Shown here: positions 29,317 through 38,878 of the stretch, in pieces | Layout of the letters: every line of letters begins with the position of its first letter | How positions within the stretch are numbered: position 1 is the first letter of the stretch | From: Opitutia bacterium | GTDB taxonomy: Bacteria; Verrucomicrobiota; Verrucomicrobiia; Opitutales; T3Sed10-336 | Length of the DNA stretch: 64,000 bases | Direction of reading: 5' to 3' | NCBI GenBank assembly: GCA_003558065.1 | Contig: PWMU01000188.1 | Coordinates: 14,936 to 78,935 of the forward strand | Translations under genes and position numbers: made by a program | Notes under the pieces: generated by a model | Told to the model about the DNA's origin: nothing | What the model saw: only the letters and a program-made list of their open reading frames with translations | Database searches by the model: none

Positions 29317-31410
29317 TTGCCCTTGCTTTCCGTCCGATCCGGGATCAGATTCCACGCACAAGTCCCAAATACTCTCTCGTTGCACTCAATCCGCGCAAAA
29401 TTTCCAATCCGTCTTTTACGAACCGTTCTTCCCCTGTTCGTTTTCGCGTGCGGCGCAGCCTGGATATCGGAGCCGGAGTCGCTCGGTCAGCCTGTCGCGG
29501 CGGTCATCAGCCAGGGGGTGGCCTTTGGAAAAAGCGAAGCGGGCCGGGCCGAACTCTACTTCGCCGTCAACGGGGAGCCCGCCATCTTTTACGCGGTGGA
29601 CGCGGAATCGCGCGAAGTAACGTTTTCCCAATCGCTTCCGGGATTCGATGTCGTGTGGGCGATCACGGCCACCGGCGACGGCAACATCTATTTTGCCGGC
29701 ACCCGTGACGGAAACGTTTACCGGTACTCCCCGGCCGACCGGGAAATCCGGAACCTCGGGCCCAACGGCACGGGTTATTCCTGGGTATGGGATATGGTCG
29801 CCTCGGATGACGGCAAAGTGTTCGGTTCGACTTCCCGCGGTGCCGGGGTGTTCGAAGTCGACGTTGAAAGCGGCCGCTCCCGTTCGGTTGCCACCGGCTT
29901 TACGGAGGAAGACTACGCCCGGGGACTGGGGGCGACCGGCGACGCGCTGTATGTGGGAATCGGCATGACAGCCCATCTTTTCCGAATCGACCGCGACAGC
30001 GAAACCGTGGAAGAGATCCCTGTCCCCAATTCGGGTCGCCCGGGCTCCTCCATCAGCCGCGCCTGGGTTTACGGAGACCGGCTGCTGGTACGCTCCGGCG
30101 GTTCGAGGCTCTTTGTGCTTGACCGGGAAAGTCATGACTTGATCCGGGGAGAAGAGAGCTTGATCGAATTCGACTACGCCTTGTCTCCACCTTCTCCCTA
30201 CAATGCCGACCTGATTTATTTTAAACGGGGTGAGCGTCTGTATCGGTATCACCTTGGCGAGGACACGGTCGAGCCCGTCGATACCGAAGTCCCCCTGTCC
30301 CGCAATCCCATGCGGGGCTTCGGCTGGTTCACCCCCGAACAGGGGCCGGCAGCGGGCCGTCCGGTACTGGGCGGCTTAACCGAGTTCGGGGAATTTCTGA
30401 TTTACGACCCGGTGAAGGAGACCCTGGAACTCGATGCGCTTTCCGGAGTCAATACGCCGGGTGTCCCGATTCAATCGGCCGAGACAGGACCCGACGGACT
30501 CCTCTACCTCGGCGGCTACCAGGGCGGCATGACCGCATGGGACCCGAAAGCCGGCGAAGTAGTCTACCGCGAACCCCAGTTCCCCCAGCCGGAGGGGATC
30601 GGTTTTTTCGAGGACAAGGTGTTTTTCGGCACTTACAGCGGCGCGCGCATCTACCGGTACGATCCCGGCAAGCCGGTGGAGTTCGGGCACGGACCGGACA
30701 ACAATCCGGGAATGGTGTTTCAGATCGGTCACCGCCAGGACCGTCCATTCGCGTTCGAGTCCGGTAACGGAAAGCTGTATATCGGCTCCGTTCCCGGTTA
30801 CGGCGTGGTGGGAGGCGCCCTGACCGTTTTCAGCCGGGAATCCGGAGAGTGGCAGGTGTTTCCCGAACCCATTCCTGAACAAAGCATCATTGGTCTCGCC
30901 TGGGGCGAGGACGGGCTGCTGTACGGATCGACGTCGGTTTTCGGCGGACTGGGCTCCCGTCCCAGCGCTCAGGATGCCGTTGTCTTTGCCTGGGATCCCG
31001 AGCAGGAAGCCGTGGTCCGTTCGGTCGCGCCGGACATTCCCGGCATCGATGCGACGCCGCGCGCCATTGGCGACCTCTCCTTCGGCCCGGACGGGCATCT
31101 ATGGGCGGCCGCGCAGGGAACGCTGTTCAAGATGGACCCGGAAACCCTGGAGGTACTCCGGAGCAAAACCGTCTTTCCCAGTGACTGGGACCTCACCCAC
31201 TACTGGCGACCGGTTTACCTTCGGTGGGGTGACGACGGGTTCCTTTATACCTCCCTCGGCCGGCGCCTCGTAGTGGTGGATCCCGAACACTGGCAAGTTC
31301 TTCACCGCGGCGATTCGACCACTACCCTCGCGCTTGACCCCGACGGCAATCTCTTTTTTTCGCGCCACGCCACCCTTTACCGCATTCCCGCGAACAGCGG
31401 AAGCCCATGA
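29317..31410 (+). CDS. secreted beta-propeller-repeat protein (function unknown)
   Basis: 697-aa ORF with a signal-like N-terminus (LLRTVLPLFVFACGAAW) and recurring G-x-hydrophobic-Y/F strands. The start codon (TTG at 29317) is uncertain. Confidence 0.65.
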   Translation: MPLLSVRSGIRFHAQVPNTLSLHSIRAKFPIRLLRTVLPLFVFACGAAWISEPESLGQPVAAVISQGVAFGKSEAGRAELYFAVNGEPAIFYAVDAESREVTFSQSLPGFDVVWAITATGDGNIYFAGTRDGNVYRYSPADREIRNLGPNGTGYSWVWDMVASDDGKVFGSTSRGAGVFEVDVESGRSRSVATGFTEEDYARGLGATGDALYVGIGMTAHLFRIDRDSETVEEIPVPNSGRPGSSISRAWVYGDRLLVRSGGSRLFVLDRESHDLIRGEESLIEFDYALSPPSPYNADLIYFKRGERLYRYHLGEDTVEPVDTEVPLSRNPMRGFGWFTPEQGPAAGRPVLGGLTEFGEFLIYDPVKETLELDALSGVNTPGVPIQSAETGPDGLLYLGGYQGGMTAWDPKAGEVVYREPQFPQPEGIGFFEDKVFFGTYSGARIYRYDPGKPVEFGHGPDNNPGMVFQIGHRQDRPFAFESGNGKLYIGSVPGYGVVGGALTVFSRESGEWQVFPEPIPEQSIIGLAWGEDGLLYGSTSVFGGLGSRPSAQDAVVFAWDPEQEAVVRSVAPDIPGIDATPRAIGDLSFGPDGHLWAAAQGTLFKMDPETLEVLRSKTVFPSDWDLTHYWRPVYLRWGDDGFLYTSLGRRLVVVDPEHWQVLHRGDSTTTLALDPDGNLFFSRHATLYRIPANSGSP

Positions 31411-31540
31411 ATCCGGCCTGTCACTGCCTTCTCGATACGCCTGAAACCCGTCGTGATCGCGCGGTATAAAATCATCATTTTCGGCGCATCCGTGAGTGAT
31501 TGAGCCGAACGTCAACAAATCCTCAAACCAACCACGACCC

Positions 31541-33748
31541 ATGAAACGAACCTGGCTGACACCTGCACTCTTAACCGCCGCCGCCCTTCTGCTGGTGACG
31601 ACCCTCTATTCCCGGGAAACAACCCTGGAAATCGACTGGAGCCTCTCCGCGGGCGACCGCGACTACCTGACCGATGAGAACCGGGAACGCGGAATGGCCT
31701 ACAATCCGGAGACACGAAACGTCATTGTCGCCCACCGTACTCCGTGGACGACTCCGACGCTCGCCGTGCTGAACAGTGACACAGGCCAGGAGTTCGGCAT
31801 GCTGGAGGCCGAAGGAATCAATGTAGGGTTCAACGATTTTTACCTGAACAAGGTAACCGTCGCTGAAGACGGAACGATTTACGGGTGCAACATGACGCTC
31901 GACAGTGCCAGTATTCCTTTCCGGGTCTACCGGTGGGCCGATGAGGAAGCCGACTGGGAACTGGTTTTTGCCGGCGATCCGAGCGATGACGACCCGGCCG
32001 ACGACAACCGCCGGTTCGGCGATTCGATCGCGGTCCGGGGCACCGGAATGGACACCGAAATACTCGTTTCCAACTGGAACGGCGGATTGATTTCCCTGCT
32101 CACACCGGTCGACGAAGACACGTTCGAATCGACGCCGATGCCGGTGCCCGAGGGTGTGGAAAGCGGGGACATCCGAAATCTCGCATTTGGTCCCGGCGAC
32201 ATCGTCTACGGCAGCCATTCCGGCCGCCCGCTGCACGAACTGGAGCTCGATGCCGGTGAAGGCGCCCTCACCGTCCTGCGCTCCTTTGGCGGCGCGATTA
32301 TTTCCAGCGGGATCGGTCCTGTCGCGGTCAATGTTGAAGAGAACCTTCTTGTGGGAGTCAACACCAGCACCCACGAAGTGATGCTGTATGATCGCAACCT
32401 TCTGACCACCGAGTGGACGGTTCCGCCCGTCATCACGCGCAGCTTTCCAACGAATATTACCAATACGAACGGTACGGGCGACGTCGCGTTCACGCCCGAG
32501 AATCGCATTTACGCCTTGCACACCAACAACGGAGTGATGGCGCTCGACTATGAGGCCGGCGAACCACCGGCCCCCATCGAACCGGGCGAACTCTATTGGT
32601 CCAATGATACCGCAATCCGGACCGCGGATCTGGACGGTACCGATCCCCGGACGGTGATCGGCGGCCTGAATCGACCGATCGGCATCGGTTTGGACGAGGC
32701 CAACGGACACCTGTTCTGGGCCGAAGATGGCGGCGCACGCATCATGCGCGCCTCTCTCGACGGCACGGATCCCGAAGAGCTTGTCGACCTCCCGTTGCAG
32801 GAGGGTGCCGCCGGCCAGCACCTGGGAGTCAATCTGTCCGCGGAAAAGCTCTACTGGGCCGAATGGACGCGCGGATTCTTCTCCGCCGACCTGGACGGGC
32901 AAAACATTGAGCACCTGATCGAACAGGACACCAACCAGACAACCACCGTCGCGGTAAACCAGGCGACCGGTCACGTCTATTTCGGCTCCGCAGCAGAAGG
33001 GTCCATCTGGCGTGTCGACGCCGACGGTGGCAACCAGGTTGATGTCGCGGAACTCGGAGCCGCCACTTACGGGATCGCGATCGACCCCGGCAGCGACCGT
33101 TTGTATTACACGAACTTCAGCGCCGGGGTACTCGGGTATTTCGACCTGGAAGACTCCACCGAAAACGAACTTCTCTCAGGCCTCGGCCAGCCCCTGGGTA
33201 TTGCGGTTTCGTCGGACGGCAGCCGTGTGTACTGGGCCGAGCGCACTGACGGATTGATCCGCTCCGCCGAAGTAACTGAAGACGGCCTTTCCGATCCCGA
33301 AACACTGGTCAGCGGAGAAGACAGTCCCTTCGGCATCGCAGTCCGGACGATTGCCGTGGAGGAGGATTTTGTCTCCTGGATTGCCGGTTTCGATGTGCCT
33401 GAAGGGCAGCGCGGTCCGCAGGACGATCCCGACGGCGACGGAATTCCCAACCTGATCGAATACGCGTTGGACCTGAATCCTCTCGTGCCGGATACCGGGG
33501 CGCTGCCGGCCGGTGTTGTTGAGGCCGACGGCGACGACAACTTCCTGACCCTCACTATCAATCGAAACCCGGACGCGATCGGAATCACGTTTCTTGTGGA
33601 AGTGTCTTCCGACCTGGTGGACTGGAACAGCGGCGACGAGCATGTAACATTGCTGACTGACGAACCGTCAGTGCTCAAGGCACGCGACACCACCCCCATT
33701 ACCGAAAGCAACCGGCGCTTCATTCGCCTGCGGGTCCTGCAGGATTAG
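31541..33748 (+). CDS. secreted protein with YWTD/LDL-receptor class B-like propeller repeats and a C-terminal GDGxxNLxEYA module
   Basis: Signal peptide MKRTWLTPALLTAAALLLV. Repeats LYWSNDTAIRTADLDGTDPRTVI, LFWAEDGGARIMRASLDGTDPEELV, LYWAEWTRGFFSADLDGQN and VYWAERTDGLIRSAEV. C-terminal DPDGDGIPNLIEYALDLNP...RRFIRLRV. Confidence 0.75.
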   Translation: MKRTWLTPALLTAAALLLVTTLYSRETTLEIDWSLSAGDRDYLTDENRERGMAYNPETRNVIVAHRTPWTTPTLAVLNSDTGQEFGMLEAEGINVGFNDFYLNKVTVAEDGTIYGCNMTLDSASIPFRVYRWADEEADWELVFAGDPSDDDPADDNRRFGDSIAVRGTGMDTEILVSNWNGGLISLLTPVDEDTFESTPMPVPEGVESGDIRNLAFGPGDIVYGSHSGRPLHELELDAGEGALTVLRSFGGAIISSGIGPVAVNVEENLLVGVNTSTHEVMLYDRNLLTTEWTVPPVITRSFPTNITNTNGTGDVAFTPENRIYALHTNNGVMALDYEAGEPPAPIEPGELYWSNDTAIRTADLDGTDPRTVIGGLNRPIGIGLDEANGHLFWAEDGGARIMRASLDGTDPEELVDLPLQEGAAGQHLGVNLSAEKLYWAEWTRGFFSADLDGQNIEHLIEQDTNQTTTVAVNQATGHVYFGSAAEGSIWRVDADGGNQVDVAELGAATYGIAIDPGSDRLYYTNFSAGVLGYFDLEDSTENELLSGLGQPLGIAVSSDGSRVYWAERTDGLIRSAEVTEDGLSDPETLVSGEDSPFGIAVRTIAVEEDFVSWIAGFDVPEGQRGPQDDPDGDGIPNLIEYALDLNPLVPDTGALPAGVVEADGDDNFLTLTINRNPDAIGITFLVEVSSDLVDWNSGDEHVTLLTDEPSVLKARDTTPITESNRRFIRLRVLQD

Positions 33749-33756
33749 TCCTCTTT

Positions 33757-33790
33757 CAGGAGTCTGTCGGCGAAGCCCGACAGACTCCTG
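33757..33790. terminator. perfect 14-bp-stem hairpin between convergent genes (bidirectional terminator candidate)
   Basis: CAGGAGTCTGTCGG-CGAAGC-CCGACAGACTCCTG. It shares its core with the hairpin at 22324-22349. Confidence 0.65.
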
Positions 33791-33877
33791 GGTGCCGTCC
33801 GGCCATTTAACCGGCGGCACACGGGAGGGCGAAAGGAAGTTTCGAAGCGCAGGTGAAAAGCCCCCTCGTGTTCCGGG

Positions 33878-36800
33878 TCATTTGCGGAAATCCAGAACGC
33901 GTTTGCGTCCGTCTTTGGTGAGGACGACGACGCCGCTGTTCCAATCGGATTGAATAAAGGGACTGTCGAAGACCTTGTCCGGGGCGAGGTCAACCGGCCG
34001 GTTGTTGACTTCCGGGAGGGAGCTGTGGTCCGCGTAAAAGGTGAAGGTGTCGCCGTAAAGCCCCGTGTAGGTCATCACCCGGCCTTCACCCTCCCATTCA
34101 GGCGACAACTCCATGACCGCGTCCCGGAACGCTCCGTAGTCCTCGTAGTCCCGCTTTCGAGCAACCTCGATAATCACAGGAGTGAAATCATCCTCCGGCA
34201 CCATCCATCCTCCGTGATCAAACCGGTCCTCGCTTCCCGTCCAGCCATGGCCCCCTCGCGCGGCACGAACGGCCGCGTAGGCGCCCGCCGCTTCCACAAA
34301 CACCCAGCCGTTCTCCTCCACGCGATTCCACAGGCCGTGCTCCTCATCGCTGAACCACACCCGCATGGCTTCAGTATAACGGGTGTAGTCGTCGGGAAGG
34401 CGCTGAGTGATCAGAGTGCCCTTGCGCTGGACGCCCCATTGGGCATTGTCCGTTCGTCGATGATCGTGCGGTTCGCCGCCGCGGCATTGCGGGACAATGC
34501 GTGCGTCTTCATGCCCGGAAAAAATGACTCCCATCCACCGGTTCTGCATGCTCATGATAGCCCAGTCCTGATACGGGCGGGATTCGACCACCGGAAGACC
34601 CATGACAAAATCCGGCGTGGCGTAGGTGTAGCGCAGAATCCCTCCGTAATCGGTTCGCATGCGAAAGCCCGACGTTCCCCAGGTCCCCGGCTCGATCAAT
34701 CCCGGACGCCGTTCGAGCACCTCGCAATTTCCGCGCCCCTCCAGGTCAAGTGCAAGATCCACCACCACCAGCGGCAGCCGGTACCCGCTTGTCAACACGG
34801 TAAAAAGTTCCCGCTGCGGCGAACGCGTTTCTCCGATTCCCAGGTAATACGCCGCCATCGGCCGCAGGTAATCGTCCCCGATCCGATCGCCGCCGGTCTG
34901 GTAAATCCGCGCCTTACCTCCGCCACGCACCCCGTCGAGATGCTCCTGAGCCCAGGACGCCCAATAGAGGTCCAGAATGCTCCCCGCCAGCCGCTTCAGT
35001 TCGGGATCGTTCGAAAAGTCGTAGAAATTGTAGATCCCCTTTAAACTGTGCGCCCCATAGCGCCCGTTGGCGAATTCGACAAACAGGCCCCGCTTGCCCC
35101 GCTCGCGGAAATACGCCTTCGCGTAACTCGTCCAGGCTTCGTAGTGTTCGGCCGCCGTATGGCCGTCGTTGTACGCCAGATCCCGATACTCCGGCCGTTC
35201 TTTCAGCAGTTTGCTGAACTGCCACAGCGTCGAATATTTCATCAGATGATGATTTTCCGAAGTCGGCGCCGGCCGCGGCGGATCGGTCCATACGCCGACG
35301 TGCCAGGTATCGCGCTGCGCGTCTTCGAGAATGGAGTTGGCCGACGCGTAGTCCCACATCAGTTGGTAGATCCTCTCCTCGGTTTCGGGTTCCAGACGGC
35401 CGGGAGCCATCGAGCCTTCGGCGCCAAAAAACTCCACGATCCGGCACATCACATCGGTCACCCAGTGCAGATTGTCGCGATCGTCGCGTTCTTCAGGGTT
35501 TTCAATATAAAATTCGCTGTGTTCGTGGAGCGCGGCGTTGGCTTCGTCCAGCTGCTCCCCGTTCCGGAACGCCCGCATCGCAAAATCCATTACTGAATAC
35601 GAGTAATGCCGCGTGTAGCGGGGCCGGCCGGGACCCAGAGGACCGCGCTTGGGTGCTTCCTCGAACGGCTCGCCGCGCAGCGATTCAAAAGCCTCGTCGC
35701 GCCGGGTTTCAAATTGTGCGCGGAGCCGGAACAGTTCCGCATCGCTGAAACGGCCCGCGGCCGGTTGCAGGTTGAGGCGGAAAAACCGGCGGTCAGTGGC
35801 GACGTCTCCGGATTCCCCGGCCGCCACGGTCACTCGTTCAAGTTCGCCCTCGTCGACCACATCGAGTTCCTCGACGTACTCCTCACCGGAATGCCACTCG
35901 AAAAGGTTCTCCGAAACTTCAACCCGCGAAGCGACATCCGTCGCTTCAGTTGATCGCGCGAATCTGAAAACGAACTGCCCCTCGATAGAATCAAGCCGGG
36001 GAAATGCCTCCCGGGCAGCAGGCTTCCAGGGATCGAGTCCCATCAGATATTTCAGGAGGTTTACCATGCCGTCGCCCGCAGGGTTTCCCCAAACACCGCT
36101 CAATCCGGCGTCCTCCATCTCATCAAGGCTGAAATGCGTCGCCCGCCACCGGTGGAAACGCGAAAGTCCGCTGTCATCTTCGATCGTCAGCAACACCAAC
36201 CGCGGCGCGGGAAGTTCGTTGTGGCGGCTCGAGGCAAAACGGAACTCCCGGTTGCGGTTCTCCCGAAGCGTCAGGATAAAAGTGATACGTTCACGATCGC
36301 CGCGTTGATTGAGAAAGTCGGTCAGTGCGGCACTTCCGTCGACAAGTCCCAGCCACGCTCCCGCGGACGGCTCGTCTGCGGCCACTGTCACCGAGAAACC
36401 CCCGAGCCAGGTCGTTTCCCCGAGATTGACGCCCGGGGCCGCCGATCCGTTAGTATCCTCCGGATCGCCGCCCCCGAGCGCCTGCGCGTTGCCCGGTGCC
36501 AAACGCCAGGTAACCGGAGAAGGCGGCGACGCCTCGACATAGCCGTTGTCCTCCGTCACCCCGGTTTCCCCGCCGCCTTCGACCCATTCCGCGCCCCGGT
36601 GTCCGTAATCCAGAGCGAACAGATTGAAGAGATAGTCACCTTCCGCCGCACCGGCGAAAGCCAGTTTCAACCGGGCGTCGACCAGCGTTCTTCCGCGAAT
36701 GTCCGACAGGTCGAACCGCAGATAACTGTGCTGGCTGTTTCCTCGAAGATTGCCGGTATGGTAATAACGTACGTTGAGCGTATTCGAATCGCCGAAATTG

Positions 36801-36982
36801 CGATCGTAAGCGTCGTTGTTACCCTGGATGTAGGAGTCGGCCTCCGGATGCAGCACCGCCTCAACCGGGCGTTCCGCGGAAAGGCGATTCCCCCCGAACA
36901 CGACAACCATCAAGACCCCGGCAAGCCCGATGGCCCTGTGGACCCAGGCGGGACCGGGAGAAACCTGGAATCTCATTACCAT
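33878..36982 (-). CDS. large secreted protein: N-terminal DNRLRE-like domain, internal GDGxxNLxKY module, C-terminal helical enzyme-like region (polysaccharide lyase/hydrolase-like?)
   Basis: Signal-like MVMRFQVSPGPAWVHRAIGLAGVLMVVVFGG. NFGDSNTLNVRYYH...SYLRFDLSDIRGRTLVDARLKL resembles DNRLRE-type domains. GNPAGDGMVNLLKYLMGLDP...RRFFRLNL follows. The function of the C-terminal two-thirds is not recognised. Confidence 0.65.
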   Translation of the reverse strand: MVMRFQVSPGPAWVHRAIGLAGVLMVVVFGGNRLSAERPVEAVLHPEADSYIQGNNDAYDRNFGDSNTLNVRYYHTGNLRGNSQHSYLRFDLSDIRGRTLVDARLKLAFAGAAEGDYLFNLFALDYGHRGAEWVEGGGETGVTEDNGYVEASPPSPVTWRLAPGNAQALGGGDPEDTNGSAAPGVNLGETTWLGGFSVTVAADEPSAGAWLGLVDGSAALTDFLNQRGDRERITFILTLRENRNREFRFASSRHNELPAPRLVLLTIEDDSGLSRFHRWRATHFSLDEMEDAGLSGVWGNPAGDGMVNLLKYLMGLDPWKPAAREAFPRLDSIEGQFVFRFARSTEATDVASRVEVSENLFEWHSGEEYVEELDVVDEGELERVTVAAGESGDVATDRRFFRLNLQPAAGRFSDAELFRLRAQFETRRDEAFESLRGEPFEEAPKRGPLGPGRPRYTRHYSYSVMDFAMRAFRNGEQLDEANAALHEHSEFYIENPEERDDRDNLHWVTDVMCRIVEFFGAEGSMAPGRLEPETEERIYQLMWDYASANSILEDAQRDTWHVGVWTDPPRPAPTSENHHLMKYSTLWQFSKLLKERPEYRDLAYNDGHTAAEHYEAWTSYAKAYFRERGKRGLFVEFANGRYGAHSLKGIYNFYDFSNDPELKRLAGSILDLYWASWAQEHLDGVRGGGKARIYQTGGDRIGDDYLRPMAAYYLGIGETRSPQRELFTVLTSGYRLPLVVVDLALDLEGRGNCEVLERRPGLIEPGTWGTSGFRMRTDYGGILRYTYATPDFVMGLPVVESRPYQDWAIMSMQNRWMGVIFSGHEDARIVPQCRGGEPHDHRRTDNAQWGVQRKGTLITQRLPDDYTRYTEAMRVWFSDEEHGLWNRVEENGWVFVEAAGAYAAVRAARGGHGWTGSEDRFDHGGWMVPEDDFTPVIIEVARKRDYEDYGAFRDAVMELSPEWEGEGRVMTYTGLYGDTFTFYADHSSLPEVNNRPVDLAPDKVFDSPFIQSDWNSGVVVLTKDGRKRVLDFRK

Positions 36983-37224
36983 GCTTGTTCCCTGCGATTG
37001 CTTCGCGCCTAAAGAGTTTTCCATCCTCGCGCACCGATCCGGGCAAACGAAAAGACCGACAATTCCACCGCACGGTTTTGACACGGATCACCCCATGACC
37101 AGTTACTGGGACTCTGTGGCGAAGGCGACCATAACAGGTTCGCCGTAATCATGGGCCTTGCGGACTGAACGGGGCAAGCTTTTTTCGGGCGCTCTGCAGC
37201 GGCGCTTCGGCTGCTAAGGACGAG

Positions 37225-37362
37225 TTATTTCCCGAGCAAGTCCACGGAGGCTTCTACGGTCAATCCGCTCGCAAGGATGAGTCTTCGCAGGGTTCCCCGA
37301 GCGACCTCCTTGTGATCGGGCACCGACAGGGTCGCCGAGCTCCCTTCCTTGACAGATTCCAT
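37225..37362 (-). pseudogene. HicA-like toxin remnant (N-terminally truncated)
   Basis: My own translation gives MESVKEGSSATLSVPDHKEVARGTLRRLILASGLTVEASVDLLGK*. It matches the C-terminal HicA/YcfA pattern (..tvP.H.g.el..GTlr.Ilkqagl). The GSH-containing N-terminal half is missing, and an in-frame stop lies 8 codons upstream of the ATG. Confidence 0.35.
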
Positions 37363-37660
37363 AGCCGTTAGAACCTTCGTGACTTTTCAATCCGGGTCAG
37401 CGCCGGGGGTCAGGTGAAGGTTCGTTTCATTCATTTTGCGGTCATGGTGTTGTCAATAATCAAGAGAGGGAAGACAGGAAGGTCGATTCGATTTTCCCGA
37501 CTATTGGTGCGTGTAAATAAAAAGTAAAATCCCCTGCTTTCCTCACGGCGTCGAACGAAATTGGCACTTTTACCCTTGTCAGCGTTCAGCTTACATGATT
37601 TGCATTTGTTCCCGATACGAAGGCACGCCGCTGCTAACAGCGCCGAATCCGATTCCCTGA

Positions 37661-38866
37661 ATGCGGAATTCCCAATCGCAAATGGAGGAAAGGCAGTTGT
37701 CGATTATGGTCCCAAACACCCGCCGTCCGCCCGCAAGCTGCGGTACCGCCAAAGGAGAGTACAGGCTGGTGATGGATTCTCCCGGCGACGCGGGAATCGG
37801 GCTTGTCAAATCTCTGCGTTCGGTCTGTTCCTGTTCGGACCGGGAAATCGCCCGCCGGATTTTTCAATCGCCCTCGCTCCTTCTTTCCGATCTCGACCGC
37901 AACGCCGCGGAAAAACTCTCGGGAATTTTAAACCAAACCGGGGCCAAAACCCGGGTCCTGCCCGCCGGCAGGGAATTCGTGGAAGGGAAAGGCGAATATG
38001 AAATCGCGCTTGTCGTGCGCGACATCGAGCGAATCGGCGATGTCCTCGCCACCGTCTGCCGCCTGCTGCATGTGCAACCTGTGGAGGTGATCAACCTTAT
38101 GGTGCGAAGCCCCGCGGGTTTGGCGGGAAACCTGTCGCTGGCCGCCGCCGAGGCGTTCCGGGATTCGCTTTCCGTCGCGGGCGCCGAACTGGATATTTCG
38201 AAATACAGGGAAGCCCGTTTCGATGTTTTTCTGGGCCGGAGCGACGACATGGACCGGAGGCGAATCCGGGAGATCCTCGTCCGGGCCGGTATCGACACGC
38301 CCCCCGTACGCAACGAAAACGGTTCCCCGCAGCCCATGGCCGCGACCGATCTCGGATGGAACGAAGTCGACCGCGTGCGAAAGGAACTGACGCGTTTTTC
38401 CGAGCAAGTCAAAATCCTCAACCGGGATTTTGCCCGTTTCGATATCGTGCTGCAGCGGACCGGAGATCATCCCCGCAAAGTCTCGGAGATCCTGAAGGAT
38501 CGTTTCGGAATTCCCGGAACCGTCCATGCCCGCCTGCTGGGCGCACTCCCGGTTGCTTTGGCCCGGGAAGTGCCGTGCGCCGAAGTCGGCGGGCATCTCA
38601 ATGCGCTCGAATCCGCCGGCGCCACGGCCGGCGCGAACATGACTTCGCTCCAAACGTTTGATCTCCGTATCGACACCGTCGAATCGCCGGAAAAAACAAT
38701 CAGCATCCTCGCAATGCTCGGCGGGAAACAGGCGTCCTCGCTTCCGAGTTTACGGAATGCCGGACTTCCTGCCCTTGTAGAGGGTCCGTTTACGCCCCTC
38801 CAGGCACGATGGCTGCAGAAGGACCTTCGCGCGGTCGGAACACGCTGCGCCTTGAAACTCCGCTGA
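37661..38866 (+). CDS. operon gene 1: protein of five tandem ~70-aa repeats resembling the ribosomal L7/L12 C-terminal domain
   Basis: Repeat 1, EYRLVMDSPGDAGIGLVKSLRSVCSCSDREIARRIFQSPSLLLSDLDRNAAEKLSGILNQTGAKTRV, aligns column-for-column with the E. coli L7/L12 CTD: [67 protein letters not shown]. Further repeats begin at EYEIALV, ARFDVFL, ARFDIVL and QTFDLRI. The start is ambiguous (ATG 37661, 37682 or 37706). Confidence 0.75.
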   Translation: MRNSQSQMEERQLSIMVPNTRRPPASCGTAKGEYRLVMDSPGDAGIGLVKSLRSVCSCSDREIARRIFQSPSLLLSDLDRNAAEKLSGILNQTGAKTRVLPAGREFVEGKGEYEIALVVRDIERIGDVLATVCRLLHVQPVEVINLMVRSPAGLAGNLSLAAAEAFRDSLSVAGAELDISKYREARFDVFLGRSDDMDRRRIREILVRAGIDTPPVRNENGSPQPMAATDLGWNEVDRVRKELTRFSEQVKILNRDFARFDIVLQRTGDHPRKVSEILKDRFGIPGTVHARLLGALPVALAREVPCAEVGGHLNALESAGATAGANMTSLQTFDLRIDTVESPEKTISILAMLGGKQASSLPSLRNAGLPALVEGPFTPLQARWLQKDLRAVGTRCALKLR

Positions 38867-38878
38867 CTTTCAGGAATA

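Noticed and set aside
31571-32974. 467-aa minus ORF opposite the YWTD-repeat protein; similarly 27046..27906, 33950..35044, 36134..37012, 52392..53159, 53349..54089, 55171..56373, 57347..58201 and 58847..59599
   Set aside because: All are antisense to genes with signal peptides or recognisable domains, and all have GC-driven R/G/P/A-rich translations.
37562-37580. TGGCAC upstream of the operon as a possible sigma54 -24 element
   Set aside because: The required TTGC at the -12 spacing is absent (the sequence is TGGCACTTTTACCCTTGTC), so it is not a credible sigma54 promoter.
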